Source: Minisyncoccota bacterium (GTDB lineage: Bacteria; Patescibacteriota; Minisyncoccia; Phycocordibacterales; UBA2100). From it: a stretch of 64,000 nucleotides of DNA. A program made the position numbers and the translations under genes. Below, in pieces: positions 10,757 to 19,996 of this stretch. The stretch's first letter is position 1; each line of letters starts with the position of its first letter. The notes under the pieces were generated by a model. That model was not told where the DNA came from, did no database searches, and worked only from the letters and a program-made list of their open reading frames with translations. The stretch is from contig JALHPE010000001.1 of assembly GCA_022842645.1 (NCBI GenBank), forward strand, positions 199,711 to 263,710, read 5' to 3'.

Positions 10757-11529
10757 ACAAGAAGAGTGCCAAAGATTAAAAACGGGCCAAAGGGCACCTC
10801 GCTCTTCATTGTAACCTTCTGTGCGGACTCCCCTGAACCTTGTGTGGGGGTAACGAGCGCACGTACGCTCGCCCCACGTTCTGAAGAGAAAAACACCAAG
10901 AGGAGTCCAATGATGGCCCCCGAAAGAAATGCATAAAAAAGCGCTAGAAATCCATACGGGCCCAAGAGAAACCCTATGCCGAGCGCAAACTTCACGTCAC
11001 CAAATCCCATCCATGCACCGCGCGAAAAAAAGTGGAGGGCAAAAAGTGGTGCGGCAACCGCAATTCCCCAACCAAGAGCGAGTACATACTGTTCATAGTC
11101 TGCGCCGACTTGTAAGAGCCAGACACACGTCAACATGAGCGCAAGTCCATTCCACGCCCAAACCCACGCGTTCGGCATAAGCATGTGGTAGAGGTCATAA
11201 ACCGCAATTGCAACAAGAAAGACCACCATCGCGCACGCGATGAGTTTGAGAAAGAGCGACATGACCGTGCTTCCAATAGCGAAAAAGCCAAGTCCCACAA
11301 CCATCTCAACGATTGGATATTGTACGGAGATAGGCGCATCACATGCGCGACAGCGCGCACGAAGGAACATCCACGAAAGAACCGGGATAAGATCCCGTAC
11401 CTCTAATTTTTTTCCACAGAGAGGGCATGCGCTCCTCCCCTTCAGAGCATCTGTACCCTCACGGAGAATCAGAACGTTTGTAAAACTTCCGATAATAAGC
11501 CCGAATCCAAGCCACACCAGTGCCAACAT
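10693..11529 (-). CDS. pilD: Prepilin peptidase (A24)
   Basis: GSFTNVLI.R, RSACPLC...CRAC zinc site, GFGDVK, VPFGPFL. Confidence 0.93.
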   Translation of the reverse strand: MLALVWLGFGLIIGSFTNVLILREGTDALKGRSACPLCGKKLEVRDLIPVLSWMFLRARCRACDAPISVQYPIVEMVVGLGFFAIGSTVMSLFLKLIACAMVVFLVAIAVYDLYHMLMPNAWVWAWNGLALMLTCVWLLQVGADYEQYVLALGWGIAVAAPLFALHFFSRGAWMGFGDVKFALGIGFLLGPYGFLALFYAFLSGAIIGLLLVFFSSERGASVRALVTPTQGSGESAQKVTMKSEVPFGPFLIFGTLLVWFALLHAHMPILSFLGGLPL

Positions 11530-11547
11530 AGCACCACTCTAGCACGC

Positions 11548-11575
11548 AAACACCCGCCTTTCGGCGGGTGTTTTT
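11548..11575. terminator. Intrinsic terminator after the major pilins
   Basis: AAACACCCGCC-TTTC-GGCGGGTGTTTTT. Confidence 0.8.
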
Positions 11576-11595
11576 GAAACACGATTCTGAAGAAA

Positions 11596-12084
11596 CTACG
11601 GTCTCATGCAGTAATAGGCAGGAGTGCCTGTGTCTGCACAATCAAGCCCACCCGCAGTGCCATCGACGTCTCCCGCAGGAACTGCAGTAGAGCCACCTTC
11701 AATACCAGAGCGAATGATGTAACTTGCACATGGTGCTGTAGAACACGCAGTGCCATCGAGATTCGCTGACGCATAGGTATAGATATACGTACCACTATTT
11801 GTCGGATCGGATGGAACCGACGAGATGTAGTTATTAGACACGAGCGCTGTAAGGGTCGTCGAGGCAGATCCTGAACCCGCAGGATAACTCTGTTGCGTAT
11901 CGTAGTAGAGCTCAAGTGCAAGCTGTACCTGCTTCACGTCAGACACACGACGCGCATCGCGCCCTTTCACACGAGCACTATTGAGAGAGGCAAGAACAAC
12001 TGATGAGAGGATCCCAATAATAGCGATCACGACAAGAAGCTCAATGAGCGTAAAGCCGCGAGAAACATGTTTTTTTTGGTTCAT
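11596..12084 (-). CDS. Type IV major pilin
   Basis: MNQKKHVSRG|FTLIELLVVIAIIGILSSVVLASLNSAR; true start is downstream of the ORF-track start. Confidence 0.9.
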   Translation of the reverse strand: MNQKKHVSRGFTLIELLVVIAIIGILSSVVLASLNSARVKGRDARRVSDVKQVQLALELYYDTQQSYPAGSGSASTTLTALVSNNYISSVPSDPTNSGTYIYTYASANLDGTACSTAPCASYIIRSGIEGGSTAVPAGDVDGTAGGLDCADTGTPAYYCMRP

Positions 12085-12115
12085 AAATAAAAAATTATAA
12101 TAAATATTAGTAACG

Positions 12116-12595
12116 CTACGGCTGCACACAATAATAGAGTGCAGTCGAACAGTTTTCAGTACCTCGCGTCCCTGTAACACTTCCCGCTGGCACAGCAGCT
12201 TCCATCGTTGCGCGCAATACATAACTCGAACACACACCGCTTGCAACGGCACATCCTGCCACACCGTTACCGGTGAGATTGTCATAGCCATAGGCACTAC
12301 CGGTTTGTGGGTCCACAGGTACAGACGCTATAAAACCATTCGTAGCGAGTGTTGCGAGAGAGTCCGGATACTCAACACTCCCACCCGTGCAGGCATTTCC
12401 TGCATCGTAGCAAAGCTCAAGCGCAAGCTGAAGTTGCTTCAAATCTGAAATGCGACGTGCATCACGACCTTTCTGACGTGCGCTGTTAAGCGACGCAAGC
12501 ACAACCGACGAGAGAATACCAATGATGGCAATCACAACGAGAAGCTCTATAAGCGTGAAGCCGCGTGTTCCCTTTTGCATACGCATGTTCATCAT
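12116..12595 (-). CDS. Type IV major pilin (tandem paralog)
   Basis: RG|FTLIELLVVIAIIGILSSVVLASLNSARQKGRDARR. Confidence 0.9.
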   Translation of the reverse strand: MMNMRMQKGTRGFTLIELLVVIAIIGILSSVVLASLNSARQKGRDARRISDLKQLQLALELCYDAGNACTGGSVEYPDSLATLATNGFIASVPVDPQTGSAYGYDNLTGNGVAGCAVASGVCSSYVLRATMEAAVPAGSVTGTRGTENCSTALYYCVQP

Positions 12596-12639
12596 ACGCG
12601 TTGTTTAATAATAACAAAGCGTCTGATGTGGATATCGCA

Positions 12640-13845
12640 CTAAATACTTCCCGCAATATTGTAGATCGGCACCAAGACTGACGCGAGAAGAACAGCGACA
12701 CCGACAGCAAGGGCCACAATCATAATTGGCTCAATCAAAGAGACTAGTGTGTCTACGGCGTTATTCACTTCACGACGATAGAAGCGTGCAATTGATTCGA
12801 GAATCGGCCCCATGTTACCCGTCTCTTCTCCAATTTTGATCATGGCAATCATAATTCCCGGCATTTCAGGGTGTTTACGAAATGATTCGGACACGGTAAG
12901 CCCACCCTTCACATCAGAAGAAACCTCTCGAAGTACACGCTCATAGGTGGGGTCCTCCACAACAGAACCAGTAATTTCGAGGCCGCGAAGCATTTGTATT
13001 CCGCTCCTGAGCATAGTCGAAAGATTGTCGGCGATACGCGAGAGAAAAAGTTTCCGGTAGATACCGCCAACGATAGGGATTTGCAGACGCGCACGAGAAA
13101 AGAAAAATTTTCCAGAATCGGTCTTAATATAGCGGTAGAAAAAGATACCTGCAATTACGAAAAGTGCACCCCAGAGAAGTGCGTAGTTCGAAAGCGCATT
13201 ACTGATACCGATCACGATTTTTGTGTAGAGTGGTACCTCCTGCCCCACCTCCTCGAGCATAACGGCGAGTCGCGGAATAACGAGGGTCATCATTAAAAAC
13301 ATCACGACAAAAAATGTGCTGATGATGAACGCTGGGTAAATAAGTGCATTTTTTGCTTTCGAGGTAATTTCGTAATTACGCTCAAGATAATCTGCGAGAA
13401 AGAGGAATGTTTCGTCGAGCTTACCCGCTTCTTCTCCTGCACGCACCATGTTCACGTAAAAGTTTGAGAATACTTCAGGATGACGAGACATTGCCGCGGA
13501 AATGGCGGAGCCTGCTTGGATATCGGATGCGATTGCCGTGAGTTTTGCCGCAAGCTGGGGAGTGCGCGCCTCGGCGGCCAAAAGCTGGAAGGCGCGCAGC
13601 GCGGAAACCTGCGCCTCAAACAAGGTTGTCATCTGACGACTAAGCATCACGATGTCACTTCCCTTGATGCCAGAAAATAGCTGTATGTTAGTACTGAGCG
13701 AAAGCTTTTGTTCGACGGGATCGATCGATGCGATAATGAGCCCTCGGCGCTGGAGCGAAGAAATCGCAACATCGATGTTGACCGCATCAATTTGACCACT
13801 GCGGTCTGCTCCCTGCTCATCGACGGCCTTGTAGTTGAATAGCAT
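12640..13845 (-). CDS. pilC: Type IV pilus platform protein (T2SSF family)
   Basis: FYVNMVRAGEEAGKLD, ALIYP, IGEETG, LIEP duplicated GspF domains. Confidence 0.92.
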   Translation of the reverse strand: MLFNYKAVDEQGADRSGQIDAVNIDVAISSLQRRGLIIASIDPVEQKLSLSTNIQLFSGIKGSDIVMLSRQMTTLFEAQVSALRAFQLLAAEARTPQLAAKLTAIASDIQAGSAISAAMSRHPEVFSNFYVNMVRAGEEAGKLDETFLFLADYLERNYEITSKAKNALIYPAFIISTFFVVMFLMMTLVIPRLAVMLEEVGQEVPLYTKIVIGISNALSNYALLWGALFVIAGIFFYRYIKTDSGKFFFSRARLQIPIVGGIYRKLFLSRIADNLSTMLRSGIQMLRGLEITGSVVEDPTYERVLREVSSDVKGGLTVSESFRKHPEMPGIMIAMIKIGEETGNMGPILESIARFYRREVNNAVDTLVSLIEPIMIVALAVGVAVLLASVLVPIYNIAGSI

Positions 13846-13847
13846 AA

Positions 13848-13933
13848 GGTAGTGGGTAGTTTGTAGACTGTAGTTTGTAGTGAATCTTTATGTGTGCATT
13901 TTCTACAAACTACAATCTACACACTACAAACTA
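13848..13933. repeat. Heptamer inverted-repeat element (TAGTTTG type) between pilT and pilC
   Basis: TAGTGGG TAGTTTG TAGACTG TAGTTTG TAG...CTACAAA CTACAAT CTACACA CTACAAA CTA. Confidence 0.88.
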
Positions 13934-13935
13934 TT

Positions 13936-15006
13936 CTACAGTAATTTTTGAAGCAAATTCGGATTGAGCGAGTACTGGTATGCACTCTCGACGGTGATTT
14001 CGCCGCGTGTTACAAGCTCGGCGAGCGAACGATTCATGTCGATCATACCCTCTGCTGAAGACGTTTCAATCACAGTATTAATTTCGTGCGTGCGCTTCTC
14101 GCGAATAAGATTCGCGATGGCTTTGTTGTTGATAAGAAGCTCGTAGGCAGGAATGAGGCCGCCGGAAATGCGTGGAACAAGACGTTGACTGAAGATGCCT
14201 GCAAGCGACGAGCCAAGCTGTATTCGAATCTGATCCTGTTGATTTGCGGGGAAAGTATCAATAATGCGGTCGATTGTTTGTGCGGCGTTATTGGTGTGGA
14301 GCGTTGAAAACACGAGATGCCCGGTTTCCGCTGCAGTAACCGCCGCCGACATCGTCTCGTGCCCACGCATTTCTCCGACGAGAATCACATCCACATCCTG
14401 ACGAAATGCAGAAACGAGCGCTGTTGCGAAATCGCGTGTATCTATCAAAACCTCGCGCTGATCGACGAGCGAGCGCTTCGGTTCATAAATATATTCAACG
14501 GGGTCTTCAATTGTAACGATGTGCTCAGTGCGTTCGGTGTTGATCATTTCTATGAGCGAGGCGAGCGTTGTCGTCTTACCCTGCCCCACAGGACCCACCA
14601 CAAGGAAAAATCCCTGTGATTTGCGCGCAAAAGTCGTGAGAATGTCGGGAAGATTCAATTCCTCAAGTGTTTTTATCTGCTTCGGAATAAGGCGAAGGGC
14701 GATACCGACCGCACCGCGCTGGAAAAAAGCGTTCCCACGGAAACGATTACCATCGGCGGTCTGATACGCAAAGTCGACTTCGAGGGTCGAGAGAAATCGC
14801 CCTTGTTGATCTTTATTCAAAAGCACCTTCGCAAACGCCATGGTGTCCTCAGCAGTGAGCGGCGGCTCTTTGAGCATTGGCGTAAGCGAGCCCGAGACGC
14901 GAATCGTAGGATGCGCACCGGTCGAGAAGTGGAGGTCAGATCCCCCTTCGTGCACAAGAACATTAATGTACTTCTTCAGCGTTGCATCGTAATCCCCCAT
15001 TCCCAT
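13936..15006 (-). CDS. pilT: Pilus retraction ATPase
   Basis: GPVGQGKTTT, TIEDPVE, ILVGEMR, AAETGHLVFSTLHT, AIANLIRE. Confidence 0.93.
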   Translation of the reverse strand: MGMGDYDATLKKYINVLVHEGGSDLHFSTGAHPTIRVSGSLTPMLKEPPLTAEDTMAFAKVLLNKDQQGRFLSTLEVDFAYQTADGNRFRGNAFFQRGAVGIALRLIPKQIKTLEELNLPDILTTFARKSQGFFLVVGPVGQGKTTTLASLIEMINTERTEHIVTIEDPVEYIYEPKRSLVDQREVLIDTRDFATALVSAFRQDVDVILVGEMRGHETMSAAVTAAETGHLVFSTLHTNNAAQTIDRIIDTFPANQQDQIRIQLGSSLAGIFSQRLVPRISGGLIPAYELLINNKAIANLIREKRTHEINTVIETSSAEGMIDMNRSLAELVTRGEITVESAYQYSLNPNLLQKLL

Positions 15007-15095
15007 GCACACATTGTAGCGCACTTTTCTGCACGAACTTTTCTATCCACACTATAAAAAAGAAAAGCCGCGTTGCGCACGCGGCGGGCGGGAGA

Positions 15096-15584
15096 TTATT
15101 CGATGATGAGATCGATTTCGTCTCCATTTTTGATGAGAAGTGCGTTTGCTTCGTCAGTATCGAGGTGCACCCGAGGCACAGCCCACGAATCAATGCGCAC
15201 CTCGACGTTGTCGAAACGTCCAGGTCGAGGACCTTGTGTTTGTTCGATTGAGACTTTCTGGCCCTTAGTGAGCCCCCACTCCTTTGCGGTTTTTTGATCG
15301 CAGTGGAAATGGCGAAGCTTCACTTGAAATGTGCCAGAAAATTGTGGCTCTCCTTCAAGGTAATTGAACCAGTCGGTGACTGAAACCTCGTAGACGCCCT
15401 TCCCATCTTCTGTGGGACGGGGCGGCAATACGACGCTAAAGCGCATACCCATCGCCTCAACTTTTTCGTTCGACACTGAGTGCCCACCTTGTGAAAGGTC
15501 GGCTTTCTTAGTGAACCTCCCATCGTCAGAGGATGGATGATGGTGTCGAGCTGAAACTTCGCAGATAACCTTGTGTCTTTTCAT
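15096..15584 (-). CDS. PduL-like phosphate acyltransferase (shortened)
   Basis: VSARHHH, DLSQ.G, EVSVTD, RHFH and FDNVEVRI...HLDTDEANA...NGD match PduL motifs. Confidence 0.72.
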   Translation of the reverse strand: MKRHKVICEVSARHHHPSSDDGRFTKKADLSQGGHSVSNEKVEAMGMRFSVVLPPRPTEDGKGVYEVSVTDWFNYLEGEPQFSGTFQVKLRHFHCDQKTAKEWGLTKGQKVSIEQTQGPRPGRFDNVEVRIDSWAVPRVHLDTDEANALLIKNGDEIDLIIE

Positions 15585-15629
15585 GTCTTTTTCTCCTGAA
15601 AGATCAGGCTATGATAATACCACGATATT

Positions 15630-16064
15630 CTAAAGTTTCAAGCGATAGACGTTCGTGTCCCGCTTCTCAAAACCGAGCTTTTGGTAGAGCTTATTTGCAG
15701 CAACACGGGAGGGACGGCTGGTGAGATTCAGGTGACTCAACTTCTTTTTCTTTGCCGCGACGATAAGGGCGCGCATCAAGAGCATCCCAAGACCCTGACC
15801 ACGATAGGCTTCATCCACGACCACATCCTCGACATAACCGCTCTTCTTCCCCATTTGGTGGAGCTCATAAAGCGTAGCAACCCCAATGATTTTCTTCTTG
15901 TCTCGTATCGCAAGCAACACAATGGCACGATTCCCACTCATCGCTTTAAGATCCCGAAGCGATCCTTTGCGACCCGTTTTCATGTCGAGTTGCTGGAGAA
16001 GACGATTAATATCCGCAACAGCGGTAGTATCTATCTTACGTACGGTCATTTGATCAACTTTCAT
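15630..16064 (-). CDS. GNAT family N-acetyltransferase
   Basis: VEDVVVDEAYRGQGLG, ANKLYQKLGF. Confidence 0.92.
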   Translation of the reverse strand: MKVDQMTVRKIDTTAVADINRLLQQLDMKTGRKGSLRDLKAMSGNRAIVLLAIRDKKKIIGVATLYELHQMGKKSGYVEDVVVDEAYRGQGLGMLLMRALIVAAKKKKLSHLNLTSRPSRVAANKLYQKLGFEKRDTNVYRLKL

Positions 16065-16123
16065 CCCTGCATCGTACACCCCACTCCCTCCTGGGGGCAA
16101 GGAGAAATGTTGCGAAAGGGGTC

Positions 16124-17392
16124 GTGTATACTTTTGTGATGCTATTTGTGGGTGCGAAACGAGAACTCACTGTTGTGATTATGGTTTTTTTTATATTTTT
16201 TTCCCTTGTCACTTCTGTCGCCTCAAGCACTTTACCCGAAATAAGCGCACAGCAGCGGGAAACATGCGAGTTCTTTGGTGTCCCATCAAGCATGTGCAGA
16301 CCAGCAGACATCGTAATTTTACAGGGAGGATGCGAATTTAATCCGTATCCAATTCTCGAATCCCGCTATAAAGCCAACAATAATGTAAGAATTACACCCC
16401 GTGGAGACGGAGATGGTTTAAATCTGGCTGGCGGTATCAATCCGTCGCTGGCATGTCGTCTCGTGAAATTCTTCGAATATGCGGAGAAAAACCAAGGTTG
16501 TCGTAACATTAAGATAATTAGCTCATACCGTAGCGCGCAACAACAAGAAAATTTGTGTGGAGATGGAGGTACAGGATGTGCGCCGGCGGGTAAATCTTGC
16601 CATCAATATGGACTTGCGATTGATGTATCGTCTAGTTGTACCGAGTGGATGCGCTCGTTTCTGGGTAAAAAGAATCCAAATTCCGTTGGCGCACAACAAT
16701 TTCAACTACATTTCCCATACTCAGGTGATCATATCCAGTGTATAGAAAACATAGGAGCAAGTTGTAACCCAAACACTCGCGGATGTGATGGCAAGGCAAG
16801 TATTGTCCCAGATCTCAGCGTTGCCCGACGCCCCTCGCCAACAAATGTATTCTCGAATGCGGTCCGTCAATGGCTCTCACCTCAGCAACCACAGCAGCCC
16901 CAACAAGTAGTTACTGCAACACCGTCGCAGCCCGCGTCCGCTTCGCAAAACCCACTTACTGCATTCGAAGAGCCGCAAACCATTGGCGGAGTTTCAGGGC
17001 AATTAAATATGACTACAAGCAGCACGACGAACGGTGTTGCAGATCGTCTTGAATCCCTTGCCTTCCCCACAACAACCCAAACAGGCAGCACAGCCACAAC
17101 AGTGCCGCTTGTCATTTCTGGCGCGCAAGCCGTACAACTCTCTCCTAGACAACAAACGACAACAACGCCTGGGTACGTAGGCCCGGGCACCATCTCTCCT
17201 TCTCAAAACACGTTTATTTCCGGCGACTTAAGTTGGCAGGGGGCACCACAAGTGAGTCCACCCGTGACCGGCTTCCAGGCAACACTCGCAAACGTGCGTG
17301 CCATTCTTGAACGCATCCTCGCTTTCCTGACGCCTTTTAACGCACGCTACGTAATTAACGGCGAGACACACGAGCACGAATCGCTCGAATAA
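16124..17392 (+). CDS. Secreted M15-family (D-Ala-D-Ala) peptidase-domain protein with low-complexity tail
   Basis: SSYRS..QQ, SCHQYGLAIDV and DHIQ zinc motifs; Cys-rich; Q/P/T-rich C-terminal half. Exact start uncertain. Confidence 0.72.
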   Translation: MYTFVMLFVGAKRELTVVIMVFFIFFSLVTSVASSTLPEISAQQRETCEFFGVPSSMCRPADIVILQGGCEFNPYPILESRYKANNNVRITPRGDGDGLNLAGGINPSLACRLVKFFEYAEKNQGCRNIKIISSYRSAQQQENLCGDGGTGCAPAGKSCHQYGLAIDVSSSCTEWMRSFLGKKNPNSVGAQQFQLHFPYSGDHIQCIENIGASCNPNTRGCDGKASIVPDLSVARRPSPTNVFSNAVRQWLSPQQPQQPQQVVTATPSQPASASQNPLTAFEEPQTIGGVSGQLNMTTSSTTNGVADRLESLAFPTTTQTGSTATTVPLVISGAQAVQLSPRQQTTTTPGYVGPGTISPSQNTFISGDLSWQGAPQVSPPVTGFQATLANVRAILERILAFLTPFNARYVINGETHEHESLE

Positions 17393-17444
17393 CCAGAGTT
17401 TCCGTGCTATAATCCCCCCACTCCGCGCCTGCGCGCGGTTCTTG

Positions 17445-18065
17445 ATTCAAATGGGATTCACCAAATACACGACACAAGAAGACAAAGTACGCGTTCGGAT
17501 GAACGATGGTATACGCGTGCCTGAGGTACGCGTGATTGGCCCCAATGCCGAAAACTACGGCGTTATCTCTATTGGTGAAGCACTTGAAAAGGCGCGCGAA
17601 GCAGGGCTCGATCTCATCGAGGTCTCCCCCCTCGCAAAGCCGCCCGTCTGCAAGATCACCGACTACGGCAAATTTAAGTACGAACAGAATAAGAAGGACA
17701 AGGAGGTCAAATCCAAGATGAAGGTCTCGGAAACTAAGGAAGTACAGGTCAAAATCGGCACTTCAGAGCATGACATGGGCATCAAGGCGGCTAAGGCAGC
17801 TGCCTGGCTCCGGGAGGGGCATCGGGTCAAAGTCGACCTCTTCCTCTGGGGACGCTACAAATACATGGAATTTAGCTTCCTCAAGGAGCGTCTCGAGCGA
17901 TTCCTTGCTATTATCCCGGAATCGTATAAGATTGCTGAGCCTGTTCAGAAGAGTCCGAAAGGGCTCTCGGTCGCCCTCGAGCGTGATAAATCGGGCAAAA
18001 AGCCCGCCATTCTGCCCGTATCGACTACAGGAGAAAAACCCGAAGAAACCCATGAAGACGAATAA
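17445..18065 (+). CDS. infC: Translation initiation factor IF-3
   Basis: RMNDGIRVPEVRVI, GLDLIEVSP.AKPPVCKITDYGKFKYE. Start is either the in-frame ATT at 17445 or ATG at 17451; TGcTATAAT upstream. Confidence 0.95.
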   Translation: MQMGFTKYTTQEDKVRVRMNDGIRVPEVRVIGPNAENYGVISIGEALEKAREAGLDLIEVSPLAKPPVCKITDYGKFKYEQNKKDKEVKSKMKVSETKEVQVKIGTSEHDMGIKAAKAAAWLREGHRVKVDLFLWGRYKYMEFSFLKERLERFLAIIPESYKIAEPVQKSPKGLSVALERDKSGKKPAILPVSTTGEKPEETHEDE

Positions 18066-18237
18066 ATCATTCCAAAAGCGCCTCCGGGTTACCCGAAAAG
18101 GCAAGATTGTCGCCCGTGTCCCGGGTCAGAACCATTTCAATGCAAAGCAGAGCGGTTCCAAACGCCAGAAGAAATCCCGCGCTGTGGGCTTCCATGCAAC
18201 TATGGACGCAACCGCAAAAAGCCGGTTTTTGAACTAA
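18052..18237 (+). CDS. rpmI: 50S ribosomal protein L35
   Basis: MKTNKSFQKRLRVTRKGK; lies between infC and rplT. Confidence 0.93.
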   Translation: MKTNKSFQKRLRVTRKGKIVARVPGQNHFNAKQSGSKRQKKSRAVGFHATMDATAKSRFLN

Positions 18238-18240
18238 GTA

Positions 18241-18280
18241 TTTCCCTATACCCTAACCCCTAGAACCTAACACCTACCCT
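18241..18280. repeat. Heptamer half-element immediately before the rplT ATG
   Basis: TTTCCCTA TACCCTA ACCCCTA GAACCTA ACACCTA CCCT ATG. Confidence 0.82.
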
Positions 18281-18625
18281 ATGGCACGCGTCAAACGAGG
18301 CACAATGAAGAATAAGCGCAGGAAGAATATCCTTGCGCAAACAAAAGGCTATCGTTTCGACCGCAAGTCGAAGGAGCGCGTTGCAAAAGAGGCTATTAAG
18401 CATGCTGGCACGTACGCATTCCGCCACCGCCGCACCAAGAAGCGCGACTTCCGCCAGCTCTTCACTCTTCGCATCAATGCCGGTGCTCGCTCTTTGGGAA
18501 TGTCATACTCTAAGCTCATTGGCGCCCTCAAGGATAAAAACATCGCGCTCGACAGAAAGTCGCTTTCAACTCTCGCAAAAGACTACCCCGAAACATTCGA
18601 ACGCCTCATAAAGTCGCTCTCATAA
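18281..18625 (+). CDS. rplT: 50S ribosomal protein L20
   Basis: MARVKRG, KKRDFRQLF..RINAGAR, LDRKSLS.LA. Confidence 0.97.
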   Translation: MARVKRGTMKNKRRKNILAQTKGYRFDRKSKERVAKEAIKHAGTYAFRHRRTKKRDFRQLFTLRINAGARSLGMSYSKLIGALKDKNIALDRKSLSTLAKDYPETFERLIKSLS

Positions 18626-18627
18626 AC

Positions 18628-18663
18628 TAAAGAAAAACCCGCCGAAAGGCGGGTTTTTCTTTA
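18628..18663. terminator. Bidirectional intrinsic terminator
   Basis: TAAAGAAAAACCCGCC-GAAA-GGCGGGTTTTTCTTTA between convergent genes. Confidence 0.88.
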
Positions 18664-18667
18664 ATGA

Positions 18668-19351
18668 CTACAAAATTACTTCTGCCCCTTTCCCCGTTGC
18701 CCCCCACCCATCATGATTCTGAAATACGATGTTCCTCTTTTTGATTTCCATCACCATCTCGATGAGACGGCTTACGAGTTTGCGCGGGTCAGAGTCGAAC
18801 ACAATGAATTCGTTGGGGCGGTGTGCAGCAAGAAGCACGCTCTTGAGAATTTCATCTGTTTGCCACGAGCCTTCGAGAACGCCAATCGGGCGGCGATCTT
18901 CAAAGGCAACTGAGAATTCGTTAAGTGTTCCCACGCGACCAGGGCCAATGATCATGGCGTCTGATGAGCGGACGAAGAGGAGGTCGCGCCCAGAGTAACC
19001 GAAGCCCGTGTACATGACGACATCCATGTAATCCAGGGGAAGTTTGTAGGTTTCGAGATGTTCGCGCTCCGATGACGCGGGAGAAAGACCGACCGAAAAA
19101 CCACACTCATCTTTTGCACCCATTGCCGCGTACATAGGGAAACCTGTTGTCGCTCCTGTCACGATAATGCCGCCATGAAGTGCGATCTCCCGACCCACCT
19201 CTTTTGCTTTTTCAAACGCATCGAGCCCAGCATGTGTCGTATCCGCCGCCCCAGAAACACCGATTTTTACTACACCGTAGCCGTCAGGAAGTCGACAAAA
19301 ATTACGTGGCACTGATTGATGATTCGGATGAATCTTTTTGAGTCGAGTCAT
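18668..19351 (-). CDS. LOG/SLOG family (Rossmann-fold nucleotide-binding) protein
   Basis: IGVSG, TGATTG, GPGRVGTLNEF. Confidence 0.85.
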   Translation of the reverse strand: MTRLKKIHPNHQSVPRNFCRLPDGYGVVKIGVSGAADTTHAGLDAFEKAKEVGREIALHGGIIVTGATTGFPMYAAMGAKDECGFSVGLSPASSEREHLETYKLPLDYMDVVMYTGFGYSGRDLLFVRSSDAMIIGPGRVGTLNEFSVAFEDRRPIGVLEGSWQTDEILKSVLLAAHRPNEFIVFDSDPRKLVSRLIEMVMEIKKRNIVFQNHDGWGATGKGAEVIL

Positions 19352-19730
19352 AGTTTTCTATTCTATCATGCGCAATGAGTCTCTTTGCCAAAAGATATCC
19401 GCAGATGCCACCAAAGGCATCCATGATGAGATCAATCGTCGTATCAAACGCGAAATTTGCTTCGCGGGGAATGCCTCCCCAGAGTTCAAAAAGTTCCCAC
19501 CCGAACGCGACGCATGCAAGGAGCACAAACATGCGTGTGGGCGTTATTGCAATAGAGGTACGAATAAACACGTAGTGTGCGACAAGCATCACCCATACCC
19601 CTCCAAGAAAGTGCACTCCCGTGTCGAGCCACGGGAAAAGCCAGTAGAGGGAGAGGTTGAGTGCTGAAATGTGGAGCGCAGTTAAAACGATCAAAACAAA
19701 TACTTGTATGAAAAAGAGGCGCCGCGGCAT
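19302..19730 (-). CDS. Small membrane protein (VanZ/DUF2238-like)
   Basis: WLDTGVHFLGG, WELFE, DT..DLIMD..GG; four hydrophobic segments. Confidence 0.7.
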   Translation of the reverse strand: MPRRLFFIQVFVLIVLTALHISALNLSLYWLFPWLDTGVHFLGGVWVMLVAHYVFIRTSIAITPTRMFVLLACVAFGWELFELWGGIPREANFAFDTTIDLIMDAFGGICGYLLAKRLIAHDRIENYDSTQKDSSESSISAT

Positions 19731-19736
19731 AAGTTT

Positions 19737-19768
19737 GAAAAAACTCCGCTACAAAAGCGAAGTCTTTT
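19737..19768 (-). terminator. Terminator of the putative 6S RNA
   Basis: Minus strand AAAAGACTTCGCT-TTTGT-AGCGGAGTTTTTT. Confidence 0.7.
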
Positions 19769-19770
19769 CA

Positions 19771-19894
19771 GGGCGGACGGTACAGGAAGCCTGGGCATTG
19801 GAGACCAGGTGGGTTTCCGCAGCGTTAAGGCGCATTGCCTCAAGCGATATGAGAATCCCGTTTGTGAACCAAGCAGGTTTAAGTACAGTCCGCT
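19771..19894 (-). ncRNA. ssrS: Probable 6S RNA
   Basis: TGcTATAAT at 19909-19901. Rod-like fold: GCGGAC.GTAC/GTAC.GTCCGC closing stem, CCTG/CAGG, TTGG/CCAA, central bubble, GGG/CCC and apical TTGAGGC/GCCTTAA. A terminator follows. Confidence 0.7.
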
Positions 19895-19916
19895 GGCTCG
19901 ATTATAGCAAATCGAG

Positions 19917-19995
19917 AAGTATCAAGTAACAGGTATCAAGTATCACGAAATTCGTTTGCTACTTGTGCAAATGATACTTTTTGATACTTGCTACC
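19917..19995. repeat. Heptamer inverted-repeat element (CAAGTAT type) after ndk
   Basis: AAGTATC AAGTAAC AGGTATC AAGTATC A...GCTACTTG..TGATACTT..TGATACTTGCTACC. Confidence 0.75.
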
Positions 19996-19996
19996 C

